From: Raillietiella orientalis
Taxonomy: Eukaryota
DNA length: 64,000 nucleotides
Assembly: GCA_036172245.1 (NCBI GenBank)
Contig: JAYWIR010000003.1
Coordinates: 1,488,001 to 1,552,000, forward strand
Reading direction: 5' to 3'
The notes beneath the pieces were generated by a model. That model searched no databases. It was not told the origin of the DNA and saw only the letters and a program-made list of their open reading frames with translations. Made by a program: the position numbers and the translations under genes. Shown one piece after another: positions 25,581 through 38,866 of this stretch (its first letter is position 1; every line of letters starts with the position of its first letter).

Positions 25581-27232
25581 CTAAGCAACATCAGAATGAT
25601 GAACTCTTTGTCTACTTTTGCGTTTTCCCTCAGTCTTATCTATTGAATGTTGACTTTTCTGAATTCTCATTTCTAATAGCTCGCGGTTTCTATCTGCAGC
25701 TTGCGAGAGAGTTGGCTAGGACAAAACTGTCAAATTGCTCACGAGGAACTAAATCTTTGGGCCATCTCAAAGAGCAGGAAAATTCTACCACATTTTCCAG
25801 GTAAATAGGAGAAAAGGGGACCTGCATTCTGGGAAATCACATCTCGAGAAAATTCTATAATTAATTAATTACCAAGTATCCCCATCCACTTTCAGGTACT
25901 TATTGCATGGTCCTATTTCTAACTAAATAGAGGCTCCTACAATTTCCGAATGACCTTCTTGAAGCACGGCATTTACTGGTCTCCCGATACGCTCCAAATA
26001 ATTGCTGAACCTCATGTTTCTATTGCGATTCACACCGTGCTGAATTCTAATATTCCACACTTCATAACAAGTCTTCACTTGAAGTATTTCTTTACCTGTA
26101 TATTACACGCGAATACCATCTCTTTATCTTTCAGTCATCATCATCGCTTCGAGTGGCGCTAATACGGATCATTTGGTTATTTCCAAGTTAAGGAATATGT
26201 GGTCATCTCCTCACTTTTGCAGAGCCAACCTCCGTTCCTCCAGTGTCCAGTCTTGAACATTGTATGGCACCAAGTCTCCTTCGGAGAGTCGCTAGTAGCT
26301 ATAACATAGGCAGGACCTCAATCAGGGAAATCCTTGGCTGTTTATCACGTGAAGATGTGCTTTGCTTCATAGATTTTCCGTAGCTTTAAATATCTGCGTT
26401 TCGGATGACCGTCTTCGACCAACTTGGGCAATGCTCGCCAGGCACTACGTCTGTAGGAAAACATCATGCTGGAGCATTTATCGCACTTTCACTTGGCATC
26501 CTTTTAATTACATTCAACTATTCGGGAATTCTTTTCCAGGGCTAAAGAAACATCCGCCTCTCGTTTTGCCTCAAAAAAGCTCGGAATCACTCCGAGACAA
26601 ATATGCATGGAATCGCATTTCCTTCACCGCATGAGTCTACTATTCTTCATTTTTCATCCATGAAAAGACGTGTCACACACCTGCTTCGTCCGGTGTAATT
26701 TGCCCATCCACTCAATTCCTTAAAGTTTGAGGATCAGAAAGTAAAACATGCATCTTACAATGCTTTTTGTCCAGCTCGTGGAGCCATGAACAAAAACTTC
26801 GATTTTATAGGGTTCACAGCATCTTTATACTTTTGTTTGCTCAGACTGCTTTGTTCCAGTTGCTTTGCAAACGCCTCAGTTTCTGGCCTTCCTCACTGCC
26901 GCTATTCAATGTTATCGTGATCGGAGTGCAGTGGCTTCGATCTACGAAGCAAAGCTTCATCTTTCAAGGAATTCGTGCCATTATAGGTGCTCAAGCTGGC
27001 ATTTCTCGCCTAATTAAATGGGCGTCATCTGCTCCTTCCGAAAGAATTATCGGCATAGGTTCACTTGCGACTGGCGTACTCGATGTATAAAATACTCGAA
27101 AGTTTTGCTGCAGCAAAAACCGAGGTCATCCTTTTCTCTCAAATGGGCAATTGGAAGTGCTGATCTTCTTTCTTCGTGTTTTTCAAAGTCCAGTAAAGCA
27201 ATCGGCAACGTCGGAGTGCCGTCGGAATCCAT
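25581..27232 (-). CDS. Putative multi-exon gene of unknown function (exon chain ambiguous)
   Basis: Series of ~40-60 nt GT..AG intervals separating short open segments. Clearest is intron 25742-25694 (GTGAG..CTGCAG, 49 nt) joining ..YLENVVEFSCSLRWPKDLVP to HRNRELLEMRIQKSQ..HSDVA* (stop at 25581). Upstream segments include KEILQVKTCYEVWNIR..AVLQE and RSAWRALPKLVEDGHPKRRYLKLRKIYEAK. No family recognised. Confidence 0.3.
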
Positions 27233-28309
27233 TAGCGTCTTGCGGCATTTCTTCCTGAAATGAAAAGCTGAATTTTTCCTCTGAGAGGATCCAGAAAGTA
27301 AATGGGGGAGAAATGAATACCATGCAAGAATGCGCGGTTATCGTACCTGCTATAGTTTTAGACAGCTCTTCATCTGTCTTTCCAGTAGCACTCAGTCTGG
27401 TTGACGAAGACCGTTCGGCCCGGCGGTTGCAGCAACGGTAAAACGGTCGCGCCGATCCTCTCAACTTAAGAAGGCATGAAAATGATGAAAGAAACATTTG
27501 GAGAAAAAGAAGATGGCTTGATATTTTTGCGAATTCCTATTTCTTGATGTGACAAATTGAAAAGAGCAATCCTTATTTCTTGACAATTTACCCTGATAAA
27601 TACCTTCTCACCCAATCAGTGTATACACCCAAAAGTGGCATAATACAACAGGCAATTCGGAAGATCAGTTACAGTTGGATTACTTATGTTAATGTAACTA
27701 CGGAGTAAAAGTTCTGAAACATATCATTTCGCTACCTGCTACAGCCGGAAGTCCCTTATGTACATAATGTACATAAGGGACAAAACGTACATCTTCTAAT
27801 GATAAAGAGACTATTGTTATGCAATGAAGAAGTTGCTATATGAGTTCAAAATCCACATTAAAAAAAAGTTAAACTTTTTTTGATTATAGAGTTTTAAAAT
27901 GGTAAGAGTAAAAATGACTTCATCAGCTTCGTTAAAATGCAGCATAAAGGGAAAAGACAATATACTGTACACGTATTTTCAAACATCTGGATTTTCCATG
28001 ACAACACAGCTAGAGAGATGAAATTTTAAAGTAATAGCGATGGCCTCATAGTAATTTTATGTCGCAAAATGTTTTGCCATTCATACTCATACTGTTCTTC
28101 TCGTAAATTTATCTAATTTTGCTCTGAATCGTTTGTTCGCAGTGATGGATGTACACCGCTTCCCTCTGATGAAATGCATGATCAACTGCGCTTTACTCTT
28201 AAAATCTTTTTATTGTTTGTTTGCTGGTATTGAACAAATGTATACATGTATACATGCACGTACGACGCTGATTAAAAAGAACACAGTCAAAGAGTGATCA
28301 CTTCCGAGC

Positions 28310-28640
28310 CTCTCTTCAAAGGAGTTAACAGGAGCGGATCCCTTGCGGAGGATCCCTCCGGAGGATAAATTCCAGGAGTGGATCCTTTCCGGGTTCCCTT
28401 CGGAGAAGAAAAAATGGAGCGTACCCCCCCCCCCCCCCTTCCTTCCTTCCATGGAGCCATTCCGGAAATAACAAGGAAGGAGATTCCCTTCGGGATTCCC
28501 CTTCGGAGACAACCAGGGTGGAGGTGATCTCCATTTCCGGGATCCTTCCCTAGGCGTGAGAGGAACGGACTCCGAGTCCTTCCTGGATTCATAGGGCGGA
28601 CCCCTCCCAGGATACCTCTTATCTTGAAGAATTGCACGCA
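28310..28640 (-). repeat. Dispersed non-coding repeat, copy B (inverted relative to copy A)
   Basis: GC-rich island in AT-rich DNA. 28578-28596 and 28554-28573 are exact reverse complements of blocks in copy A. Confidence 0.75.
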
Positions 28641-30399
28641 CCCTCAGGTGGCTTGGAACCGTGTCGAAGAGCTGCGAAGACAGAAAAGAAAGGGTTTCCA
28701 TTCCATTGTTTCTTCGCAATTTACAAAGTAATCAAAGGTTTACATTTCGTGGACTATTCTTTTATACAGAATGTTTTCCATGCATATTTAAAGATAAAAC
28801 TGACTTTAAGTGATCAACCAGATGAGTTTGTGATCAGATTGCTTTAGCCTTTTTTATTGCCTATCAAAATGCCGTCTGGATCTCAAAAATCAAATAAGAT
28901 GATGCGTTTACTTTGATGAATATTCTCGGCTAAGTTCACCAAGTATACTATTCTATTGGTATTTCTACAAACAGGCTTGTGAAGATGTGTACTGATAATT
29001 TTATAATGCACGTAATTACAACCTCTTTGTATTTCAATATGCGTATATCATCTCTATTTGATAGTATTAAAACCTTAGAATTCATTTACGGGCATTTTCT
29101 GATCATGTATATCCAACTGGAAATATATGGATACGCAGAATTCAGTAATCAGATAATAAGAAACAATTCATAATTTAGTTCTCATTATGTGAATATTAAG
29201 CGGTTTGCATGCCTGCAAGCACTGTAACTTTTGTGATTGTTTTGCAAACGAATAAATAAAAATTCCTTTTTTTCTTACGACGTTTCCATCAATTGCCGAT
29301 TGAGAGAAATCAGAAAAGAGAAGTCCATAGAACATTAGCGAGAAAAAGTTTATCTAAAGTTGGCTACCTAATTAAAATACTTCGAGGTCTTATGTGAATT
29401 CGGTCTGCAAACTGTAAGGTTAAAGTATCTTTGTAGCAATTCCACAGAAGAGAAATCTTGTTTTATTTTTACTGAATATCCAATTGGTCAATAAGCATTT
29501 AGTGAATATTATGACATAGCTTTAGCGATGAATGCCCCCAGGAAATTGCATCATTTTTCAATGGTATTAGTGTGGTACTTTTTTTTCTCTTCAAACGAAT
29601 TTGGTAAGCGGCAACTTTTCATTCCATGGGATTGCACGTTGTGTGAATGAAAAATACAGAAAAGACATATCAGAGACTTTAAATGTGAGTTAAATCAAAT
29701 GTTGATGGAAGGTTAAATCATCAGATGTTAAATCCTTAGTGAGCAGTATTCGGAAATGAATTATTTAGATGTAGTGCAGTGTAGTATAGTATAACTACTG
29801 AAGTATTAATATAGTATGGCGTCAAAATCAGTACCATTAAGAAAGGACATTTAATGAAGTTCATTTTAGGGAGAGGACAAGATAATCAATTGATGACGTA
29901 TCGGTAATAATCACTTTCAAGGCTTTAAAAGAATGAGAAACATAAATGCAGGAGCGCACGAATGAAATTGCTTAAAATCACGAATAACAAGCTTCAGCAT
30001 GCACATATATATGCTTGAAATTGTAAGCATAAGCGTTTAACCATTTATACACCTAAAAGAGTTTGAAAAAGCTTTTTAAATTCAAAGAGGTAAAAGAACT
30101 TTAAAAAGCCAATTGTAAAGCATCGAAAGAATGCTCCTAATATTTTTTTTCTTCTTTAAAAAAAAATCGCGTTGGCTCTTAAGTTTGCTTTTGTTTTCCT
30201 TGATGCTTTAAATAAGAAAGCATGATGAGTAGAAACGAACGGGTTTGCTCATTTAAGAATATGTCCAATAAGCTCTCTGGTTTGCAAACTTGTCACGCGA
30301 TAGGGATGAAGTTTTCTAGAAGAGAAAACATGGATAAGATAGAGTCATACTTTTCAAGGTACCTCCTTGGCTTTTTGCTAATTTGTAACAATCTCGATT

Positions 30400-30660
30400 C
30401 GCCCATTCGTATTTTCCCTGTCCATTGGGCATGACCAGTGTCCACCGGGGCAGTGTCCGTTCGTGACCGAAGAATCAATAAGCAAACTTTCATTTTCTGT
30501 CTATTTGCGTGTCCGAAATGGAGCTGGTAACAGTGCAGTCCCGGCCTTTTTTTTTTTTTATCTCCTTCAAAGTTAAGTGCAATAAACAACTGCGCGTGTA
30601 TGATACGTCGCTGTCGTGTTGTCAGAGTCTGTGCACCGCTTGTTGCACGCTAGTTAATCT
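30400..30660 (+). promoter_or_regulatory. CpG-containing putative promoter/5' region of TBC1D5
   Basis: Local CpG-rich patch immediately upstream of a CpG-depleted gene body. Positional inference only. Confidence 0.3.
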
Positions 30661-30813
30661 GTGGAGAATTGTCCACGAAATCTTGTAAAAACCTGTATTC
30701 TCTTCCAAATGCGTTGGGTTTTGTATGTTACTGAGGTTTATCATTTTATTTGGTAGAAGGCAGTGCGATTGTATCCAAACCAAGTCTGCAATAATTGCGT
30801 GATGAGTTTTTAA

Positions 30814-32628
30814 ATGAATGAGAACATTCCATGCCGTGATGCTTTCCCTAAATCTTTGGATTCATATTGGTAAGCATTATAACAGTTTGGAAAATTCAGT
30901 GATGAAATATTTTCTTTTTATATTCAATTTTTTTTTGAAGTTTTGTGCATCATGTTAACTTTCAAGATGTGTATTAATTTTTACGTATAATTCAATTAAC
31001 ATAGCCAAGAATGGTCGAAAACGTTTGAATGCTGTAATCAACACAGACTGTCACAGTTAGCATTTAAAGGAGAACTGACAAGTAGATTCTTTCGGAGTGT
31101 TATTTGGAGGATCTTTTTGGGAACTCTACCTCCAAGCATCAGACAATGGGGCACAATTGCACAAAAACATGGAAAGGAGTACTTTCAGCTTTTGCGGGAT
31201 CATGATCTTGATCCCCATAATGTTGAAGCTGATATTGATCCAAATCTCCACAACCCTTTATCCAATGATGTTCATGTAAGAAAAGTTTTGTCGGGAAATA
31301 TTGCATTATTGCGTGAATCACAGAGTCCTTGGAATCGTTTCTTCTGTGATAAGGAACTGAAGGATGTTATAAAAAGAGATATTGTGCGATGCTTTCCAGA
31401 GATTAGTTTGTTCCAGTCAAGTGAAATTCAGGAAATTGGAGTACGAGTGCTTTTTATATTTGCTCGGGAGCATTCAGCATTAAATTATAAACAGGTAACA
31501 CGGAAAATGCAAGTTCACTCTTAAAGTACTCCAAGGGAATGCATGAATTACTTGGCATCTTGCTTCTGATATTGCACCAGGATCAGCAAGCATTCCAACA
31601 TGCACAGATGTTGCTTAACAAAGAGTAATTGACTCACAGGTTTTACATTAACATACTTGTCCGTAGTTCTAGCTTGGGGCATTTTCAACACATAATGTTA
31701 TTGTTACATTCAGTTCTCAACCCATCTTGCCTGGAATCTGAACTTTAGTAAGCACTATATTGTTGGCTCCAGGAGTCACAGTTGTTTTCTCTAGTTATTC
31801 TTTTTCTGCACTTATGAAGCAAGTTGCACCTCTTTATAGAGATGCAGATGGTTCTTCTGTTAGCAGAGGAATAACAGACAAATCTCATCAAGTTCAGGTT
31901 TGCTGTCTTTCATCTTGCACAGTGATGTTTAGGTAGATGAATCAGAGTTCTGTGCATCTTGGAATGGTGTTGCATCATTTGCATCATAATCTGCTTCTGA
32001 AACATGACCCCATGCTTTATTTACATTTGGAACAACTTAATATAAATCCACAGTTCTATGGAATGTAGGTGAGCCCATTGTATTAGAATGAAGAGACTTT
32101 TTAATGTAGCCGTTGGATGCGTTTATTGTTAATCCGAGAATTCCACATCACTGCTGTGCTGAAGCTATGGGATGCCTTGCTAGTTGATATAACGCTTCTT
32201 GAATTCATTTGTGTGGCCATGCTAATGAGCATCCGTGAACAGTGTAAGTGCACACCAATTATCTGACACCTGTGCATCAGTATTGCAAGGCAATCACATG
32301 CAAGTTTTGTCTTGTCTCATGCATCATCAGTTCTCCAGTGACAACATGCATCTTCTACAGTTTGCTCTGAAATTGTATAATTCAAACATGAAGAACCCTC
32401 TTGATTTAATGTAAGCATGTTTTGGATTTGATAGTTACTTTGTCTTCCAGACATAGAAGAGGCATACTGCAAGTTCCGGACACAACTCAACACAAACATT
32501 CACTTTTTCACTCAAATAATAAGTCTGTAGTCAAGAAAACTAGTGCTAGTATTCTGTTAGCTCTGCAAGAAAAACTGATGAGATCACTGAAAACATGTAA
32601 GATTCAAGATGCTCATTTAAAAAAGTGA
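30814..32628 (+). CDS. TBC1D5: TBC1 domain family member 5 (Rab7 GAP, retromer-associated), 10 exons, ~446 aa as modelled
   Basis: Exons 30814-30869, 31005-31275, 31324-31494, 31536-31624, 31667-31747, 31795-31897, 31937-32064, 32110-32243, 32281-32410 and 32451-32628 splice in frame. Motifs: FRSVIWRIFLG, HNPLS..SPWNRFFCDKEL, Arg finger IKRDIVRCFP, Gln finger YKQGMHELL, LHQDQQAF, KHDPMLYLHLEQLNINPQFYGIRWMRLL, LKLWDAL. First and last exons are less certain. Confidence 0.93.
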
Positions 32629-35600
32629 ATCCATATTTGACTGTGATATTCCTGCCATCTGTGTAAATTTGTGACAAGTAATTATTTTGTTATTTTGCAC
32701 AAAACAAATAATGGCAGTAAATATTCTTTACTGCATGTAAATTTTTATTTAGCAGTGCACTTCAGGTGAACTAATCACATGCAGTAGTTCCTCTGTGTGC
32801 CTGTCACACATAGAACAGTAAAGTCTCTAGAAACCCATGATATATTTAGGATGCTTCCCAGGTTTGTAGAGTGAATTGTCAGGATAGCATATAGGGACTT
32901 AGTTGTAGTTAACTTGCATGTAATTGATTCTTTCTAGTCTACAGTGATGTAGTAATATATCAATATTTTCTTATAATAAGTTGCTGGTTATTTACTTAAT
33001 TCGATTTAATAATCAAATTCACTAATAGTCCAAGTTGAAATTCTTTGATTATTATTCACAATAAATTCTTTTTGTGCTGAAAGTGGTCTACATTTTTTTT
33101 TCTAAATAATGCCTTGTCTTAGTATTCATCTGAATACATTACATCCAATTTTCCCTCGTGTTTTTTTAAAATGCTGCTGGCATAGATTTCATTGAACAAA
33201 CTTTCCAATTTTTGAATGCTACTGACATTGTTTCACAAATGCTTGATTGCCTAGAGCTGTAGATTATTTTAGTTTTTTTTTAAAAATGCTGTAAGGCATT
33301 TTGCCATGTGTGAGTGTTTACTTTAAAGTTTTTGTACAGTTTAGCAATTATTGGGAAGAACTAAGCTAAATTAGTTACTAAACTTCGAGCATTGTGCTAC
33401 TGCAGTGTTTGATTTGGAAGGTATCATGAAACCAATTGAGCAGCAAAAGTTCATGTTGAAAAAGAAATGTAAAAGAAAATAGTTTATTTTAAAAATGACT
33501 ATTCAGATAACAGAAAGATGGAAGATAAACAGACAATCTGTTGGAAAATTGACCTCATTTTTAGATGAGCTCTTTACTCCCAGTCATGATGTTTTTTCTG
33601 TGGTTTTCCATCTAAATTTATCAGAAGGAATTTCTTGTAGCTGAAATTATGAGTGTAACCTCTTTTTCTAGTTTTCGACTTCGAAGTTGAATGAGTGTTC
33701 ATCTGATCACTGATCCCATATTAGCCTTAGAAAAAAAGAGTAATAACTTTTAGGGGGAAAAAAATGCATAAATCATGGAGGAGGCACTTGTAGCACCCTT
33801 GTGCCAAATTTCAAAATCTTTGTACAAAAAGAACCAAAAACGATGTCCAAAGGACTGAACCAGTGTAAACTATCATTTATGTCAATGTGATGCAATTTCA
33901 TAAAATTCTGAACATGTCGTACTGTTCCTTCTTCAAGAAACACGAAAAAAATTTCACCTCAGAGAGTTTTTTTTTTAACTGATGCGTCCATTGTATTTCG
34001 AACAAGTACCGTGCTTTTCAGTCTACACATGTTTACATGGTTTCCCTTGAGCCACATTGCAAGTCAAGAGTTCGGTTTCTCCTTTCGGTTGCAACGATTT
34101 TGGCGCTTCTAATCTTTGGAACGTTTGTGGGAATAAAACTCGGTAAAGAACTAAAAACCTAATCGACCTCAATCATTGTATCAGAATCATCGTATTGCAA
34201 CTTAATGGATGTGCTTTTCACCGAATGCCAAATGGCCAATAAAGTTGGGAGTACGGCTTGAAAATTAACATTTGGCTTCAGAAAATTGAAGCCGAACTTG
34301 CCTGATGAATTTCACAATGCTTGTATGATTGAACGTTGTGTGTGCTTATTATGAAATTAGCACAACGTATTTAGAACATTTACTCCAAAATAGTACTGAC
34401 TGTGGAATTTCAAGAAAATACACCTTGAGCATTGATACTTTTGTATGGGTTTCCCTTGGAGCCATCGACCAAAGTAACAGGAGACCAGGGATCCAGGAAC
34501 TTCCATGTGAAGTGCAGATGCTGCATAAGAATATGGGATTGGCAAGTTCACCTGCATGCTTCACCGGACGAAGAACACAGGAAGTGACAAGTGGACTGGG
34601 AATCGAATGAGAGGACACAACGAAGAAAGCATGACCACTAATCCAAAAGTCTTCCTATCCGAAGCAGGAATCCTCTTGTCCTCTTAGGGAAGTCTGAAAG
34701 TTAATTCAGCGGCCGTCTTAATTGAAAGCAGACATTTTTGTGAACAAAACTAAAAGCAATTTTAATAAACACTTCGTTTTTGCTCTGAAAAAAAACAAAA
34801 AACAAAAAACAAAATTAGGGAGTTTCACCCTTTTCTGGTCTTTGATATTCAGCCAGTGCAGAGATCAGGAAGTTTTAAATTTGCGAATCTTTCGACATGA
34901 TCAGCAAATTTATTTCCAATCAGGGTTTAAAATTTACGAACATATCAAGCACCACATTTTTTAAAAAAAAACCATCAAAAACATGCAATTATTTACAAGG
35001 CACTTAGAACCAGGATGTGTGGTTAGCAAAAGAGTGGGAGCGCAATTCCTCGAGGAGTGGTTTATTTTGAATTGGAAAAACAAAGCTTCATAATTCTCTT
35101 TAATTAATCAAATATTAGCAAATCAAATATGTCAAGAATTTCGATTTATTCGGAACTAAGAAAACCCTCGCAAAATTCAGCACAATGCAAAGGATAAGAA
35201 ACTTGAGCTGCCTCAAGAAAATTTTACAATTCACATTACGAAGGCAAAATAAAATAAGAATCTTCTCTACAAAGAAACTCTATCATGCCCCGAAGATGAA
35301 ACCAATATTTCAGCAGAAATTTAAACGAAAACGCGGAATGCAAACAGAAATAAATAATAGCAAAAAGACAAACTTTTCTTCAGATTTTACTTGGGGCTAC
35401 AGGGAATGCTTGGCATCTTGATGTGACTTGGCTTGATGTAAGGTCTCATTCCCTTATGAAAGGAAGTTCAAATGAGGAACACTAAAGCTCTATAATATAT
35501 CAGTAGGTTTCATAGTGTTCAACGGCATTGGGGGAATGATTCTTGCAAATTAGAGCATTGGACTGTTGACATTTTTGTTGAAAGACTAAACCCATAAAGT

Positions 35601-38600
35601 GTACGATCTCTACTGGGATGCTATCCCTTCAGAATTTTCTAGTTAATATAAACGATGTCGAAATGTTCTCTAAGATTAACCCGTGTTTGCTTTGCAAACA
35701 GCAGTTCATTTAAGTTAAGTTTTCCATCTGTAAAAAGCAAACTAAGCGACAAGCAAGTCAGAAGCAATCTACCCCATTTATAGGGTAAAGTCAAATAAAT
35801 GTTAACAAGCTTGGTATTTCCTAATACGTAAGGTTCACAGTTGCCTCTATACATTTTTCTTCGCTCATGGCTATTGGGATAGGCACTATTGACAGAATAG
35901 AGAGGTGACGCTTATCTTTTCATTAATAAAAAAATGCATACAGGAAACAAATTTATTCAGCTATTTTCCGCAAAGAACATCTTGAAACTTGCAATTTTAT
36001 TCTCGTGTTTCAAAAACAAGCGTATTTTGATACTGAAAATCGCAAAAATAACCGATTTAGGTATACTTAAACTGCATAAAGTGTAAATGAAAAAATAGCG
36101 AGACACCCAAAAATTCATTTAATGGTTTCCAAATTACGTTTTCAAGTGAATTTAGACGATATATTCCAACAAATACAAAATCCATCAATCTGTTGTATGA
36201 ATCTATGCCGAGCACTCTAATTAGTGCACTGTCTTATCCATGAGGTGTTCACTGCTCTATCTATTACTCTATTGTGCTATTTTTCCTCAGCACCCAATCC
36301 TTTAGAAAAAATCCCAAGGAATCAGCAAGTTTGCTCAAGCATTTCCCGATTAGAAGATTAAACCTTTCTAAACATTCAAGATGGAAATGGTCATTAGGTT
36401 GGACACCGCTTGAAACCAAAAGCGAAAATCTCGACATTCAGTGAATCTGCGAGGAACTTCAAAGGATTGGTTAGATGAAGGATATTTGATACCATTAAGT
36501 GATCTCTAATGAACACGTTTACATTTCGTGGCTGGTGGGTTTTCGTGACCTCTCTGCAATGGAGACATAGTAGTTTGCCCGGAGTCTGAGATGTTGTCCA
36601 CAAACTCGTAGCATTTGAACTAAACAGTAATTCCAGAAAACTTCTACAAAAGTTGAAATTTGTTAAAATGAAAGCCTGAAATGAAGAATAGGATTCGAAG
36701 CTATTTGGAGCTCACCCACGTATGAAACCATCAAAATCAGAGGTGAAGCTTCACCTCCAGTTTATCATAGACATGCATCCGCAGCCGTAACTTGCGTCTA
36801 TTTCTTTTTTCAGTTTGAGAGAGAGGTTCGTGATCTGATCATCGATAAACACCTTTCTACATTTCAAGGGTGTGCTCAGAGAGGCCAGACGAGGACCTCG
36901 ATCGGAACATGGGAGAGCTAAGATTTCGAAGCATCAGTAGCAGTTGCACTCGTTTCCACGGTTGCCAACTGTCGCAGAATGAATGAGGAAAGCTATCGAG
37001 CAAAAACAGAGCGACAGAAGAAAGTGGTAGCACGCTTCCTTTGTTTTTGGTGTGGGAGAAATTGGTCACGGCTTGATGGCAGGTTTTCTGCTTGCGGGTG
37101 GGTGACGAAGCAGGCAAATGTGAGAGAGGAGCTTACGCGAGGCTGTGGAAGCATAATAATCTTGAGGAGCTATTTCTGTGGTGCAGAAATGAAATTCCAC
37201 ATCAAGGGAGAAACCAACGCAAATGTAGGAAAAAAAGCAAAAGAAAAAGATACTGAAATGTGACGACAAAATTTTTGCGGGGTTGACCTAATTTACTCAC
37301 CCTGCTTCTTTCGAGTACTTTTTCCCACTTCTGTTTACATACGGTTTGTTTGCAGTACAGACGTTTGCACTCGGAACTGCCCGCGATGAAAGTGACCCGA
37401 GTTATGGAGTGGAGCCAGAGATTTGGAGGACGCGCCACTTTTGGAACGAAAATCCAGAAGCTGCAAAGTGCTGCGGAGGCTGCGCAAAGAGTCGGGAAGA
37501 GCGTCCCAGGGCATGGCCGTCGGAAACGCGGTCTTGCAGAGGACCACATGGCTTGCAGCACCTTCATGCAGCTCCCAGTTCACTCTTGAAGACCCTTTCA
37601 AGTGAACCCAGGTGATAGTAGGCTTCTTGGTTAAAAAAGAAAAAAATGCAATGTGGTTGTATTGTAAAGTATTTGCACTCATTTTGGATGAATCTACTTG
37701 TGTGTGATTCGTATTAAATATTAGTAACCATTGTATGTATACTTGATTAGACCCCAGGAAATTTTCAAGAGCTTTTGGATGTTTCGTTGACGTTGCAGTA
37801 TTAAAACCTGATCCTTCTCAAAGTGTACATTTTGACGTAGATGATCACGTAAGTGCTTTTCCACAGCCCTCCATTGCAAAGATACGAACATGGTGACAGT
37901 TTTGAACTTTTGGTTTTATCTGTTACCAGTCTTAATGCTCAACACTGCCAGCATGGAAGCAGCTGGTGAGTACACTACAAAAAAAGAAAAAAGAATGAAT
38001 TGTTAACAAAAACTGTAAATTTTCATCACATTATTAAAAGTCACATATTGTATTCAGAGATACATATCTCAAACTCGAAAAGACCTTGACGTACCTCAAA
38101 AAGAACAAAAGCTTCTTGAACGCAGTTTTTGTACCTTTTTTTGAAAAGCTTTGCATTTGATTATGTTTTCATAAGGAATTCAATTCTTTTCTTCCAATGT
38201 TTGTGTATAAAAGCCATAAATTCAGAACTATACAAAAATTAAAATAAAAACCCTCACATCTCTTATAACCATCTATAATATGCCCTTGACCTTGTAACTA
38301 CATTGTGATTATTATTCTAAAGTGTTACTTATGAGCACAAATTCAAATTTTTTCACACATATGTTGGAATCCAGAATGTGTGTCAAGGTGCAATTCATGG
38401 TTTGCATAATGTGTATTGCTTTATGTCAGTGTGCATTAGGACCAGAACACAGATTTCAGTCTTCCTGTAGTTGTAGTTCTGCTGTGTTAAATCTGCACAT
38501 TATTTTCCCTAGATCATCCGAGTCTTGTAGAACCACATCCTCATATTCCAACCTGCCCCATGGAACTTTTGAGGAAATATTCTTTCTTATCTCATGCCAT

Positions 38601-38727
38601 CCACTGCAGATCCTCTCCATTATCCTAATCTGTGAGTTCGTCCCTATATTACCTAATGTAAATTCTTCATTTTTTATTTCTGAACCCATTCACATCCCTG
38701 AGCTAGTCTAAATAGTACTGAGTCTGT

Positions 38728-38866
<139 letters not shown>

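Noticed and set aside
34329..34618. Overlapping short ORFs with a Cys/His pattern (VKCRCC..HLH)
   Set aside because: Too short and degenerate to call a BED finger or a gene.
35639..35854. DGKLNLNELL EF-hand-like peptide on the minus strand
   Set aside because: Could not be extended by splicing without hitting stops.
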